Assembly (NCBI GenBank): GCA_005223075.1
Contig: NJBO01000003.1
Coordinates: 81,555 to 145,554 of the forward strand
Direction: 5' to 3'
Length of the DNA: 64,000 nucleotides
Source: a candidate division TA06 bacterium B3_TA06
GTDB lineage: Bacteria > Hydrothermota > Tepidihabitantia > B3-TA06
Below, piece by piece: positions 34,576 through 45,018 of the stretch. Below the pieces are notes generated by a model. That model was not told the origin of the DNA. It searched no databases and saw nothing but the letters and a program-made list of their open reading frames with translations. Within the stretch, counting starts at the first letter, position 1. Each line of letters begins with the position of its first letter. The position numbers and the translations under genes were made by a program.

Positions 34576-34698
34576 CTGAACGTCTCTCGGAGGCTCCAGT
34601 CTCCGAGAGGCTTCAGAAGACGAGGGCCGAAGGCCCGAGTCTTAACTAAGATTGGATAATTTGAAAAGATATTGCCACTGCCCAGAAAGGAGGGTATC

Positions 34699-37600
34699 GT
34701 GAAAGTTCTTGCTTTGCTTGCCACCTTAACGGGAGGGCTTTTTGCCCACCCCTACATTCACCTCTCAACCTCCCGGATATACTCACCCGGGGAGGAAACA
34801 GAGATCCGACTGGAAACCAGAGACTTGGACGTAATCCACTTCCGATTGTACGCAATCGAGGACCCGATAGATTTCTTCGAAGCTCAGAAGAACATGCGCT
34901 CGCCCAGGGTGCGGGGCAAGGCCAAGCCTGTCAACTTCTTCCACATGCTGGAAGGCCTTGGCGATAGAACCAAGCGCAACACCCGCTATCTTGCCCGCGA
35001 GATGATGAGTAAGGAAAGCCGCATAGGGTTAAGGGATTATCTCGGTCTTCCACCGCTCGAGAAGAAGGAGGCCGAAACACCCGAACGCTTCGGGCCATCG
35101 AGTATCCCAAGGCTTGAGGGATACGAGGTGCTTCGGGAGTGGTCTATGGGGTTCGAGAAAAAGAAGAAGGATAAGGACGACTATTACTACTACGGTCGCT
35201 ATCATTACGAGACCATAGACCTTGAGATCACCAAGCCTGGCGTCTACCTTGTTGAGGCCTACTACGGGACGCGCGTTGCCTACACCCCTGTGGTAGTTTC
35301 AGAGATGTCTGTGGTAACCAAGCAAGACCCTCGGGAGGTATACGTCTTCGCAGTGAACGCAGAAGACGGCAAGCCTCGCCGAGGGGCAGTGGTGGTGGTG
35401 CTTTCGGACACCAACCGGATAGCCACCGGCCGCACCGACGGCAAGGGACTCTTCCATACCTCCTTCGACACCACCCGGTTAAGGGTGCTGGTCCAGGACG
35501 GCGATAACTTCGCGCTCCTGGATAAGTACTACTACTATTCCGATGAGAAGGATCAGGACGGGGCAATAAAGGTCTATCTGCACACCGAACGACCCATCTA
35601 CCGGCCTGAGCAGACCGTCTACTTCAAGGGAGTAGTCCGGCGGATGCGCCGCGGCACCTACCGTACCCCTGCAGGCGATGAGGTCGAGGTGGTGGTGACA
35701 GATCCAGAGGGCAACGAGATCTACCGACACACCCTCGCCAGTGACTCCTGGGGTGCGTTTGCGGACTCGTTGATAGTGCCCTCATCATCACGTCTGGGAA
35801 GATATACGTTAAGCGCCACCCTGGAGGAAACTTACCACTCGGTTCAGTTCCGGGTGGAGGAGTACCGCAAGCCCTCCTACAAGGTGGAGGTTGAGCTAGA
35901 CGCCGAGCAGTACGTGCAGGGCGATACGGTAAAGATCGAGGTGGCGGCCGACTACTTCTTCGGCGCTCCGGTTGCCAAGGCGGAGACCAAGCTGAAGATA
36001 TACCGACGCGAGCACCATCGCTACTACTGGTACGGCACCTCCTACATGGACGAGCTTGCCGGCAAGACCGACTCGCAGGGCCGCATCACCTTCACCTACG
36101 TCACACCCAAGAAGGACCGCAACTACCGCTACACCTTCGAGGCGCAGGTGCGGGACGAATCCCGTCGTGCTGAATCCGGTGAGGCCTCGGCGTTCGTGGC
36201 CTCCTCCGCGGTGCTGGTTGACCTGAAACCCACCCGCTACGTGGTGGAGCCTGGCGAGAAGCTTGAGATCGACATTCACACCCACGATATCCTCAATAAA
36301 CCTGTTCCCGGCACGGTCGAGATAGTAGTTTACCGGCATTACTGGGACAAGGAGGACAAGGTCCTCGCCCGCAGAACCATGTCCGTGGGCAAGATAGGAT
36401 TCACCACCTTCACCTTCACCCCCAGCCAAGCAGGCCCCTACTATGTTATAGCGAAGGCCAAGGACAAGCAAGGCAACCAGAGCGAGGAGAAACGCTGGTT
36501 CTACTCCTCCGAGCGCGGCGGCTACTACACCTGGAAAACCGACAGAATCCAGATCATCTTCGATGCAGAAACCTACGAGGTGGGTGACTGGGCCGAGGCG
36601 CTGGTGATAACCCCTTACGAGAACGCCAGCATAATCGCATCACTTGAGGCGGACAATCTGTACGACGTTGACATAATCGAACTTGAGGGGAACACCGCGA
36701 TGCTGCGCTTCAAGGTTCGCTCCGAGTTCGTGCCTAACGTGTTCCTTTCGGTGTGCGGGATTTATGAAGGGGAGTTCTTCGAACACAAGGAGAAGATGCT
36801 CGTGAACCGCAAAGCAAGGATGCTCACGGTGGAGCTTGTCCCTGAGAGACAGCGCTACGAGCCGGGCGAGCGGGCCAAGTTGAACGTGCTGGTCAAGGAC
36901 GTCCGTGGCAAACCCATCAAGGCGGATATCTCTCTTGCCGTGGTGGACGAGGCGCTCTACTCGCTTGCCGCAGAGATCGCACCATCAATCGAGGACTACT
37001 TCTACGGCGAGCGTGCCGATCAGGTTGCCACCTCTTCCTCTGTATACTACTCATTCTACGGCTACGAGCGGCAATATCAGATGCTTTCTGCCGCGGCAGC
37101 GGACAGCGTGGTGCTTGCCGCCTACAAGGGACGCGAAGAACCGAAGGTGCGCAAGAAGTTCAAGGACGTGGCATACTGGAACGCGTTTGTGAGAACAGAC
37201 GGCTCTGGCCGCGCACAGGTTGAGTTAATCTGGCCAGATAACCTAACCACCTGGCGAGCCACTGCACGCGCAATCAGCATGGACACCAAGGTTGGCGAGT
37301 CGCGAGAAAAGATCTTGGTGACCAAGGACCTTCTGGTTCGCATCATCCCGCCCAGGTTCGTAACCGAGCGAGACAGCCTTCTCATACCCACCATCGTCCA
37401 CAACTACACGCGCACATCCCAGGAGGTCAAGCTCTCCTTCTCGGTCAAAGGGTTAAAACTTTTCGACAACACCGCCCATACTGACACCATCCAGCCAGGC
37501 AGCACCTTCCGTGTGGACTGGCCGGTAAGATGCGAGGTGCCGGGTGACGTCACCCTTACCGCCAAGGCCATCGGCAGCAGTGCCTCCGACGCGATGGAGC

Positions 37601-39276
37601 TTACCATCCCGGCCAACCCTCACGGGATAGAGCGCAACCTCGTGATCTCGGCGTTCATGCCCAAGCCTGACCAAGGCATCTCCCGCACCTTCAGTATACC
37701 CGAGGAGGCCGAGCTGCGAACCATCACTGGCAAGCTGACACTTACCCCTACACTGAGCTCAGCACTCTTTGCAGGGCTCTCCTACCTTGCGAAATATCCA
37801 TACGGATGCGTGGAGCAGACCATGTCGTGCTTCTTCCCGGATCTTGTGGTCGCCGACCTCATCCGGGATCCCAAGCGCGGAGACCCGCAGCTTGCCGCCG
37901 AGCTGCCCAAGATGATAGCCAAGGGCCTTGCCAAGCTCTACGGCTACCAGCACTCAGACGGCGGCTGGGGATGGTTCGAGCACGACGAGACCATGCACTT
38001 CAACACCACCTACGTGATGCACGGGCTACTGTATGCCACCCAGCTTGGTTACGATGTGAACCCAACCGTGATAAGAAGAGGCTTGGAAGCCATCAACAGG
38101 ATGCTGCGCAAGGATAAAGACGTCGCCACCACCGACCGCGCCTACATGCTCTACGCTCTCTCTATGGCGCCCGACCAGGACAAAGAGTTCATAAAAGCCC
38201 AGCTTGCCGCCCTTGAGAAGACCCAACTCGACCCCTACTCGCAGGCGTTTATGGCGCTTTCCTACCACGAGATCGGTGAGGACCCCAAGGCGCGCCAGAC
38301 GCTCGAGCGTCTCAAGCAAGAGGCGATAGCAGACGAGGAGATGGTCTACTGGAGCGGCAGGGTTCACATTTTTGCGCGCTGGCAGGATGACCCGGTTGAG
38401 ATTACAGCTACGACCCTGCGGGCATTTCTTGCCATCTACCCCAGCGATGGGATGATCCCCAAGATCATATACTGGCTCCTGCGCGAGCGGCGTGGTAACC
38501 ACTGGAAATCCTCGAAGGATTCCGCCCTGGCACTCCTGGCTTTAGCCGAGTTCTTCAAAACCACCAAGGACACCAGCCCTCGGATGGAGATCGAGTTCCT
38601 GCTCAACAACCGCAGGATCGCAAGCTACAAGATCTCGCAGTACGAGATCTTACAGTTCAACCGTCCACTGGATCTCGAACTATCAGGTGTGGTGCACGGG
38701 GAAAACTCACTCAAGATTCAGAAGAAGGGCTCGGGTAACCTGTTCACGAGCCTGGTCTTTTCATACTACAGCAAGGAGGAGGGTATCACGGCAGGCGGAA
38801 CCGAGCTCAAGATCCAGCGTGAGTACTACCGGTTGATCCCGCGCGTGGAGAAAGACAGACTGGTCTACGACAAGAAGAGGCTCTCCGGACCGGTCAAGGT
38901 GGGAGAGCCTTTATTCGTGAAGCTCTATGTGGACTGCACGGAGAACTTCGAGTACGTGATGATTCAGGACCCGATCCCTGCCGGCTTCGAGGTGGCAAAG
39001 GACAACTCGCGCTACCCCATCTCGGGCGAGCGATACTGGTGGGGCTACTACGACTATGAGAGCTGGGGCTACATGTACTCCGGGCGCGAGATCCACGACG
39101 ACCACACCGCACTCTTCATAAGCCGACTGTGGGGAGGCAGGCGAGAGCTATCCTACGTCATCGAACCCTACGTTCCAGGGGTTTACCACACCATGCCCGC
39201 AGTGGTATCGCTCATGTACTTCCCGGATAAACGCGGGCACTCATCAGAAGCCGTAATCACCGTGATCGAGGAGTGA
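34699..39276 (+). CDS. bacterial alpha-2-macroglobulin (YfaS/ECAM-like) with thioester motif CVEQ
   Basis: The protein is about 1525 aa with a signal peptide. The thioester region is YPYGCVEQTMS (compare CLEQ in E. coli ECAM). The likely start is the GTG at 34699, after AAGGAGG. Confidence 0.85.
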   Translation: MKVLALLATLTGGLFAHPYIHLSTSRIYSPGEETEIRLETRDLDVIHFRLYAIEDPIDFFEAQKNMRSPRVRGKAKPVNFFHMLEGLGDRTKRNTRYLAREMMSKESRIGLRDYLGLPPLEKKEAETPERFGPSSIPRLEGYEVLREWSMGFEKKKKDKDDYYYYGRYHYETIDLEITKPGVYLVEAYYGTRVAYTPVVVSEMSVVTKQDPREVYVFAVNAEDGKPRRGAVVVVLSDTNRIATGRTDGKGLFHTSFDTTRLRVLVQDGDNFALLDKYYYYSDEKDQDGAIKVYLHTERPIYRPEQTVYFKGVVRRMRRGTYRTPAGDEVEVVVTDPEGNEIYRHTLASDSWGAFADSLIVPSSSRLGRYTLSATLEETYHSVQFRVEEYRKPSYKVEVELDAEQYVQGDTVKIEVAADYFFGAPVAKAETKLKIYRREHHRYYWYGTSYMDELAGKTDSQGRITFTYVTPKKDRNYRYTFEAQVRDESRRAESGEASAFVASSAVLVDLKPTRYVVEPGEKLEIDIHTHDILNKPVPGTVEIVVYRHYWDKEDKVLARRTMSVGKIGFTTFTFTPSQAGPYYVIAKAKDKQGNQSEEKRWFYSSERGGYYTWKTDRIQIIFDAETYEVGDWAEALVITPYENASIIASLEADNLYDVDIIELEGNTAMLRFKVRSEFVPNVFLSVCGIYEGEFFEHKEKMLVNRKARMLTVELVPERQRYEPGERAKLNVLVKDVRGKPIKADISLAVVDEALYSLAAEIAPSIEDYFYGERADQVATSSSVYYSFYGYERQYQMLSAAAADSVVLAAYKGREEPKVRKKFKDVAYWNAFVRTDGSGRAQVELIWPDNLTTWRATARAISMDTKVGESREKILVTKDLLVRIIPPRFVTERDSLLIPTIVHNYTRTSQEVKLSFSVKGLKLFDNTAHTDTIQPGSTFRVDWPVRCEVPGDVTLTAKAIGSSASDAMELTIPANPHGIERNLVISAFMPKPDQGISRTFSIPEEAELRTITGKLTLTPTLSSALFAGLSYLAKYPYGCVEQTMSCFFPDLVVADLIRDPKRGDPQLAAELPKMIAKGLAKLYGYQHSDGGWGWFEHDETMHFNTTYVMHGLLYATQLGYDVNPTVIRRGLEAINRMLRKDKDVATTDRAYMLYALSMAPDQDKEFIKAQLAALEKTQLDPYSQAFMALSYHEIGEDPKARQTLERLKQEAIADEEMVYWSGRVHIFARWQDDPVEITATTLRAFLAIYPSDGMIPKIIYWLLRERRGNHWKSSKDSALALLALAEFFKTTKDTSPRMEIEFLLNNRRIASYKISQYEILQFNRPLDLELSGVVHGENSLKIQKKGSGNLFTSLVFSYYSKEEGITAGGTELKIQREYYRLIPRVEKDRLVYDKKRLSGPVKVGEPLFVKLYVDCTENFEYVMIQDPIPAGFEVAKDNSRYPISGERYWWGYYDYESWGYMYSGREIHDDHTALFISRLWGGRRELSYVIEPYVPGVYHTMPAVVSLMYFPDKRGHSSEAVITVIEE

Positions 39277-40181
39277 GCGGACTTATCATCCTGGCCCTCG
39301 CGGCTGCGTTACCCGAGGGTGCGTTCGCCGAGCGCTGTGCCGAACTGATCGGCTCGAGAGGCGCTGTGGCGGTGATGGATCTTGCGACAGGTAGACTTCT
39401 TGCGGCGACCGATCCGGAGACCCTCTTTGCCAAGCACTACCCGCCAGGATCGGTCGCCAAGCTCCTCACCGGACTCGTGGCCATAGAAAAAGGAATAGAG
39501 CTTCCAGACGGCTTCTACTGTCCAGGGGACGAGACATTGCGCTGCTCGCTACGAGGAGGACACGGTATTGTGGACTTCTCAAGGGCTCTTTCACAATCAT
39601 GCAACCTCTACTTCCAGAGCCTGGCCAAAGAGCTAAGTGCGGAGGAACTTACCCAACTGCCGAGACGGCTCCGGCTGGATGAGAAGGTGGGGGTAGATCT
39701 TCCAGGGGAGGTGGAGAGTGTTCTGGAGACCCCCGGCACAGACTCGGCTAAATCGGCGTTTGCCATCGGTCAGGGTTACTCGATTCAGCTCACCCCAGTG
39801 GCGATGCTTGCGCTGATCTCAGGCATAGCAACGCAAGGAGAACTGCTGAGACCAAGGCTTTCTGAGGGGCCGCCAGAAGTGCTCTCCTCCTTCCCCAATC
39901 AAAAGGCTCTGGCTAAAATAAGACCGCTCCTGCGAGACGTGGTGCGAAGCGGAACCGGTAAACATGCCGATATAACAACGGTGCAGGTCGCAGGCAAGAC
40001 AGGTTCATCAACCGTGCTCGGCAACTGGGTCACACACGGCTGGTTCGCAGGTTTCGCACCATACGAGGCGCCCGAGATCGCGGTGGTCGTGTTCTTGAAA
40101 AGAGGCGAGGGCAAGGACGCGGCCCGCATCGCAGGACTTGTATTCTCGGATTACTTCAGAGGGGTCTATGCTGAGCATTAA
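39273..40181 (+). CDS. penicillin-binding-protein transpeptidase-domain protein (no glycosyltransferase domain)
   Basis: Transpeptidase motifs SxxK (SVAK), SxN (SCN) and KTG (KTGSS) are present. The GTG start overlaps the A2M stop (GTGA). Confidence 0.65.
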   Translation: MSGLIILALAAALPEGAFAERCAELIGSRGAVAVMDLATGRLLAATDPETLFAKHYPPGSVAKLLTGLVAIEKGIELPDGFYCPGDETLRCSLRGGHGIVDFSRALSQSCNLYFQSLAKELSAEELTQLPRRLRLDEKVGVDLPGEVESVLETPGTDSAKSAFAIGQGYSIQLTPVAMLALISGIATQGELLRPRLSEGPPEVLSSFPNQKALAKIRPLLRDVVRSGTGKHADITTVQVAGKTGSSTVLGNWVTHGWFAGFAPYEAPEIAVVVFLKRGEGKDAARIAGLVFSDYFRGVYAEH

Positions 40182-41190
40182 GTTAATCATGATAATCCTC
40201 GGGGTGAACGTAAACATCCTCTCCTCGTATCATCCAAGCCAAGTGACGGTGATAGCGGGAGATCGTAAGGGTAAACTGACGGCTAAAGGGAATACCATCT
40301 ACGTGAACTCCAAGAGCATTGAGCGTTACGGATGCTCGGCGGATTCCTTTACCCTAAAATGGCAAGATAAGACCCGAAGCTATGCGGGATCTCTTGAGGT
40401 TTGGGCAGAGGATGGGGAGCTGATTCTGGTTAATAAAGTAGAAGAAGATGCTTACCTTGCATCGGTGGTAGGTGCTGAGATGGTTCCGGGGGCTGAGCTT
40501 GAGGCACTCAAGGCCCAGGTCGTGCTCTGCCGGACGTTCATCTACACCGGCTGCAGGCATCAAGACGAGCCTTGGGACTTATGCGACCTCACCCACTGCC
40601 AGTCATATAGAGGGCTGGAAACGGTAACCGCCGCAACCGGGAAGGCGGTAGCCGAGACAGAAGGGATGTTTTTAACCTATCACGGGGAGCCTTGCAAGAT
40701 ATATTACCACTCAACCTCTGGCGGACGCACCGCAGACGCTCGCTCGATCTGGCCTGATGAGTATGCACCGTATCTTTGCTCGGTTCCGGACCCCTATTGC
40801 TCGGCTTCCCCTCACTACTCGTGGCGATGCACGCTCACCTCATCCCAGATCGCGCAGGCCTTGGATATCACCCACGTATCTGATATAGAGGTCGTTGAGT
40901 CTGCCCCTGACAATCGGGTGATAGAGATAAGGGTTAGAGGTTCGGAGTCAGTGATCTATCTTGGCTGGCAGTTCAGGATGATTATGACCCGAAAGCTGGG
41001 CTGGGGGACTCTTAAAAGTTCGTGGTTCGAGGTGCGCAAGGATGGAGAGGACTTTGTTTTCACAGGACACGGTCTTGGACACGGGGTCGGATTGTCCCAG
41101 TGGGGTGCAGTGGGCATGGCCGAGCAGGGGGCTACATTCAAAGAGATTCTGGCGCACTACTACCCTGGCACCGAGGTGAAGAGATGGTGA
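40168..41190 (+). CDS. SpoIID/LytB-domain protein (peptidoglycan amidase enhancer / lytic transglycosylase-like)
   Basis: It has the characteristic CDLTHCQSYRG and VLCRTFIY motifs, plus an N-terminal signal/anchor (MLSIKLIMIILGV). Confidence 0.75.
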   Translation: MLSIKLIMIILGVNVNILSSYHPSQVTVIAGDRKGKLTAKGNTIYVNSKSIERYGCSADSFTLKWQDKTRSYAGSLEVWAEDGELILVNKVEEDAYLASVVGAEMVPGAELEALKAQVVLCRTFIYTGCRHQDEPWDLCDLTHCQSYRGLETVTAATGKAVAETEGMFLTYHGEPCKIYYHSTSGGRTADARSIWPDEYAPYLCSVPDPYCSASPHYSWRCTLTSSQIAQALDITHVSDIEVVESAPDNRVIEIRVRGSESVIYLGWQFRMIMTRKLGWGTLKSSWFEVRKDGEDFVFTGHGLGHGVGLSQWGAVGMAEQGATFKEILAHYYPGTEVKRW

Positions 41191-41804
41191 AGCTGCTTTT
41201 GATTCTGTGGGGCGCGGTGATCGGGGTTGAGCGCTGGGTGATCATTACCCCTGGGGAGGAGGTGAACCGGCAGGAGATTTCGAGGTGGGTGGAGGTTTTG
41301 AGAACGGCTGAAAAGGTAGTGGACGATTTCTTCCCAGATCCCTCCGTGGGGGTAGGGTGGGAGAATGGTGTGTTACGGGTGTTACGGGTGGCGCCGTCTA
41401 GCGGGGATTTTGCCGCCTGGACCGGATGCTCGATCTGGCAGGGGGCTGCGTTAAAGAACGGAGAGCTGATCGTTCAGCCCCTGGCTGTTCTTGAACGTCG
41501 CGGGGTGCTTGAGGAGGTAGTGGTTCACGAGTACGTGCACCTTGTGCTTGAACCCTACAACGTCCCCCTTTGGGTGAATGAAGGGCTAGCCGTGATATGC
41601 TCTGGTCAGGTGAGAAAATTCTCACAGGATGCGGAGTTGAAGGATTTAACAGAAGACAAAGCCGAGATAGAAAAGCTGCTTGCAAGCAGTGATACGTTGG
41701 ATTTGCGGCTAGGTTATCTTGCAGCAGCGCGTTTGACTCAGGAAAAAATAGACGGAATAGGACTAGACAGTTTAGTCCGACTAATTAAAGAGGAGGCCTT
41801 ATGA
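41184..41804 (+). CDS. putative HExxH zinc-metallopeptidase-like protein
   Basis: HEYVH is followed by ...NEGLA, a gluzincin-like arrangement. The N-terminus is hydrophobic. The coding region contains an inverted nonamer repeat that encodes VLRVLRV. Confidence 0.45.
   Translation: MVKLLLILWGAVIGVERWVIITPGEEVNRQEISRWVEVLRTAEKVVDDFFPDPSVGVGWENGVLRVLRVAPSSGDFAAWTGCSIWQGAALKNGELIVQPLAVLERRGVLEEVVVHEYVHLVLEPYNVPLWVNEGLAVICSGQVRKFSQDAELKDLTEDKAEIEKLLASSDTLDLRLGYLAAARLTQEKIDGIGLDSLVRLIKEEAL
41369..41392. repeat. nonamer repeat (GTTACGGGT)n, the reverse complement of ACCCGTAAC, inside a coding region
   Basis: tgtgttacgggtgttacgggtggc. Confidence 0.6.
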
Positions 41805-43297
41805 ATAAGACCATCAAGTGGATTTTGATAGGGGCAGGAGCGGGCCTGGGGGTGCTCGTGATCGGAGCAGGTGTTGCCTACGCGGTGATGACCGACACCC
41901 CTGACCTGGAACGCGAGGTCGGTGTGCTGGAAGAGCTTCTGCCCAAAGGGCCGGTGAGTTACGTGGTGGGTGCTGATCTTAACGCGGCAGAAAAGCTCTA
42001 CAGGAACTCCAAGATAGGGCACCTGGCCCGCAAACACGAGATAGACAAAGACTTCTCAAGCCTTGAGAAAGTGAGCAAGGTTCAGGAGCAGACCAAGGGC
42101 AGATTCTGGGACGTCTTGGGCGCACGCTTCATCTACGCGAGATACGGCGAGGAGAACTATCTCATCATCACCCAGCCGGGCTGGAAGGTAAAGGCGATGT
42201 GGCGCACGATCATCACAAGCGGAGAAAAGAAGGAGGCTGGGGAAATCCCCTACACCGTTTTCACGGGCGGCACTGCGGCGTTCTTTGCCGGAGACTACTT
42301 CTGGTACGCTTCCTCGGAGAAGCTGTTGCTTTCAGCCTTGAAAATCGCAATGTCTGAAGATGTCGAGGAAAGGGCCTTTCCAAGAGACCACGACGACGAG
42401 CCTCTGGCCTACGGCATTTCGCGTAAGCCGGGCAAGTACCTGGTGTTTGATGAGGCACGATGGTTAATCCAGGAAGGTGCGAAGGGTCTGGAAGTCAAGG
42501 TCGAGATAGACAGCCCCTCGGGCGTGATCGGCGGATTCATCGCCAATGCAAAGCCTCCTGAAGATTACTCAAAGATACCTGCAGACGCCGCGCTCTTCAT
42601 AAACCTTACAGGGGTAGATCCCTACAGGGCCTGGAAGGAAGCAGGAATGCTTTCCAGCGAAGAAGGAATAACCGAGGTTCTGGGAGACTTTGAGGTAGAA
42701 AAGGAGTTCGCCCGGATTGCTGTCGACCTTGAAGACGAGGCCATGTTCATAATGCAGGGCTGGGATGTAGATAGATGGTATGCCCCGGCTCGCTGGCTTA
42801 TCTCGGTAAAGGCAGGCTCGGAACGCTCGTTCGAGAGCTGGGTCGCCCTTACCCCCTGGTTCTTCCCCGCAGCCTGGGACACCACCCTGACTCACGGCGA
42901 GGTTGCCTACACCATGCTCGATCTGGGCGAGGACCTGCCGCCGATAAGCTATCTATTCAATAACTCCTATCTTACCGTTACCTCGGACTCAGCGCTTGTC
43001 CCCTGGATACTTGATGCGTACTCTGCCGGTCTAACCCTTAAGGGCTCAGAAGATTTTGCAGTTTTAAGGGTTGCGGCAGGAATATCCGAACCTGTTGCCT
43101 GCGTCAACTGGCCGATGTTCAGGAAAGCGCTGAAGGAATATCTGATCTACGCAGCCGACCGCACCGCAGGCTTTACCCCGGCGAACGTGGAGCAAAAACT
43201 ATTCCCGATCCTGGACGCGTTTGAGATGAACGCCTTGCTGATAGGCATGGAGCACGAAGGTAATGCCTTGACCTTCACGATACGGAGCGCAAATTAA
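41801..43297 (+). CDS. hypothetical membrane-anchored protein (N-terminal TM helix), unknown function
   Basis: It has an RBS and a TM segment (IKWILIGAGAGLGVLVIGAGVAYAV). The protein is 498 aa. Confidence 0.5.
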   Translation: MNKTIKWILIGAGAGLGVLVIGAGVAYAVMTDTPDLEREVGVLEELLPKGPVSYVVGADLNAAEKLYRNSKIGHLARKHEIDKDFSSLEKVSKVQEQTKGRFWDVLGARFIYARYGEENYLIITQPGWKVKAMWRTIITSGEKKEAGEIPYTVFTGGTAAFFAGDYFWYASSEKLLLSALKIAMSEDVEERAFPRDHDDEPLAYGISRKPGKYLVFDEARWLIQEGAKGLEVKVEIDSPSGVIGGFIANAKPPEDYSKIPADAALFINLTGVDPYRAWKEAGMLSSEEGITEVLGDFEVEKEFARIAVDLEDEAMFIMQGWDVDRWYAPARWLISVKAGSERSFESWVALTPWFFPAAWDTTLTHGEVAYTMLDLGEDLPPISYLFNNSYLTVTSDSALVPWILDAYSAGLTLKGSEDFAVLRVAAGISEPVACVNWPMFRKALKEYLIYAADRTAGFTPANVEQKLFPILDAFEMNALLIGMEHEGNALTFTIRSAN

Positions 43298-43441
43298 TCC
43301 TCCTTCTCCCTACGGGGAAAAGATCGGAGATCGTGCGGGCCGAGCTGAAAACCAACACGCAAACCTCTGTGCAAATTCGTGGCGGAAAAACTAAAGCAGA
43401 CTTATCCGCTGGTTGCGGAAGAATGAACTGAAAGGATTACA

Positions 43442-43807
43442 TCAGGAACCCTCTAAAATAAACCGAGCCCATTCTTCTCCTGTGCCGACGGTTACCGCAC
43501 GGATAAGACCTGGGTAAGTCTTGACCAGATTCTCGGCCACCCAGATCGCGATATGTTCAGCTGTAGGCTGCATATTACTGAAGGCCTCGCAGTCGTTAAG
43601 AAGCTTACCCTGATACGGTTCAAGCAGTTCGGCAAGGTCTTTCTTTAACCCAACGAAATCTACGCTTGCGCCCCTTTGATCCAACGCAGCGGTGGCAAGG
43701 GTAACAGCAACATCCCAGGTATGTTCGTGAACCTTCTGGGACTCGCTCCCGAACCCTTCCAGGCGGTGACTGAAACTTAAGGGAACCCTAACCTGGGTCT
43801 CAAACAT
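43442..43807 (-). CDS. 6-pyruvoyl-tetrahydropterin synthase / QueD family protein
   Basis: The pattern SFSHRL...VHEHTW...VDF..LKK...PT.E.IA.W fits the PTPS/QueD fold with its zinc-ligand histidines. Confidence 0.55.
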   Translation of the reverse strand: MFETQVRVPLSFSHRLEGFGSESQKVHEHTWDVAVTLATAALDQRGASVDFVGLKKDLAELLEPYQGKLLNDCEAFSNMQPTAEHIAIWVAENLVKTYPGLIRAVTVGTGEEWARFILEGS

Positions 43808-44330
43808 CGCGCAGCTCTTTCTTCAAAAGCTCTCTTGCCTTTAAGAAGAATGCCTGTGCCGCTGGATCACGGTGGTCAGGATATGTCCAGGGCAACTCCT
43901 CGCAGTGCTCGCGCAGAAACCTTAAGGTAAGCTCGATCCATATCCCTTCATCAAGGTATGCGCGGTGCCCGGCCGGCTTTGTCGTCAAAAGCCACAGCCC
44001 GTCCAGCCGGATGAATCCGGGGTCTATGTTTATCCTGCGCTTACCCTCCCTACGTAGGTCATTCTCGACTTCGCAACTGGCAAGCTTGAACCGCCAGGAT
44101 TCCAAAAGGTTTACCGGACTAGAGAAGACAAGCCAGCGCCGTAGAATCTTCTCCCCCATCTCCGCGTTGTAGTAATCGGTCCAGGTGAAGGGGACGATCT
44201 CGCTGCGCAAGGCCGCAGGGCCGAAGTGTTCTACTAGTGTCGTTTCTATCTCCTTCATCAACCGGCTGTCGGCAGAAAGCAGCCCGCATATCAAAAGAGC
44301 CTGCGGCTTTTCTGGCTCAAGATTCTTCAC
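43800..44330 (-). CDS. hypothetical protein (DUF4416-like)
   Basis: A 176-aa ORF overlapping its neighbours by 8 and 14 bp. It has a TDYYNAEMG motif. Confidence 0.4.
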   Translation of the reverse strand: MKNLEPEKPQALLICGLLSADSRLMKEIETTLVEHFGPAALRSEIVPFTWTDYYNAEMGEKILRRWLVFSSPVNLLESWRFKLASCEVENDLRREGKRRINIDPGFIRLDGLWLLTTKPAGHRAYLDEGIWIELTLRFLREHCEELPWTYPDHRDPAAQAFFLKARELLKKELRDV

Positions 44331-45018
44331 TTTCTCCCCCTGCGGATGATTCTTCTTCCCTGAGTTCCTCTTTCTTCCTTGTCTTCTTCTCGATCCGGTA
44401 GCCTATAGCAGCCAACGCTTCTGAGGAAACCTCAGCGCTCTTTTCCTCCTCACGAGTTAGCTCCTCCGTCTCCTGATCGGCTTCTAGAGGGAGTATGTCT
44501 TCTTCTTTAACAGCAGGCTCCTCAAGATCTGGCAGCTCCTCCAAAGAGGCTAACCCAAAGAACTCAAGGAACTTGGGGGTGGTGACGTAGACATAAGGAT
44601 GCCCTGCACGCTTGTCCCGTCCCTTGATGCGTATAATACCGCGTTCAAGAAGGGAGGAAAGGATATAGGATGACTCGATCCCCCTTGCCTGATCGATATC
44701 GGGTTTGTTTATCGGCTGGCGATGGGCGATCACAGCCAGGGTCTCCAAAGCAGCCGTGGACAGGCGGCCGCGGCCCTTACGCTGCAAGAGCCGGGCAATC
44801 CACGGGGCAAAGCGCGGAAGGGTAACCATCTGCCAGCCGCCAGCCAGCTTACGGATTTGAAACGACCGGCCATGCCCTTCGTAATCCCTGTTGAGCTTTT
44901 GGATGCAGGCTTCTACCTCGGAAGGAGCAAGGTTGGTAGCATTCGCCAAGCGCCTGCTGCTGACACTCTCGGGCGAGGCAAAAAGCAGCGCCTCAATAAT
45001 CTGCCAGGGCTCGCTCAT
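44317..45018 (-). CDS. scpB: segregation and condensation protein B
   Basis: The N-terminus is IEALLFAS..., followed by two winged-helix segments. There is an acidic C-terminal extension. Confidence 0.8.
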   Translation of the reverse strand: MSEPWQIIEALLFASPESVSSRRLANATNLAPSEVEACIQKLNRDYEGHGRSFQIRKLAGGWQMVTLPRFAPWIARLLQRKGRGRLSTAALETLAVIAHRQPINKPDIDQARGIESSYILSSLLERGIIRIKGRDKRAGHPYVYVTTPKFLEFFGLASLEELPDLEEPAVKEEDILPLEADQETEELTREEEKSAEVSSEALAAIGYRIEKKTRKKEELREEESSAGGESEES

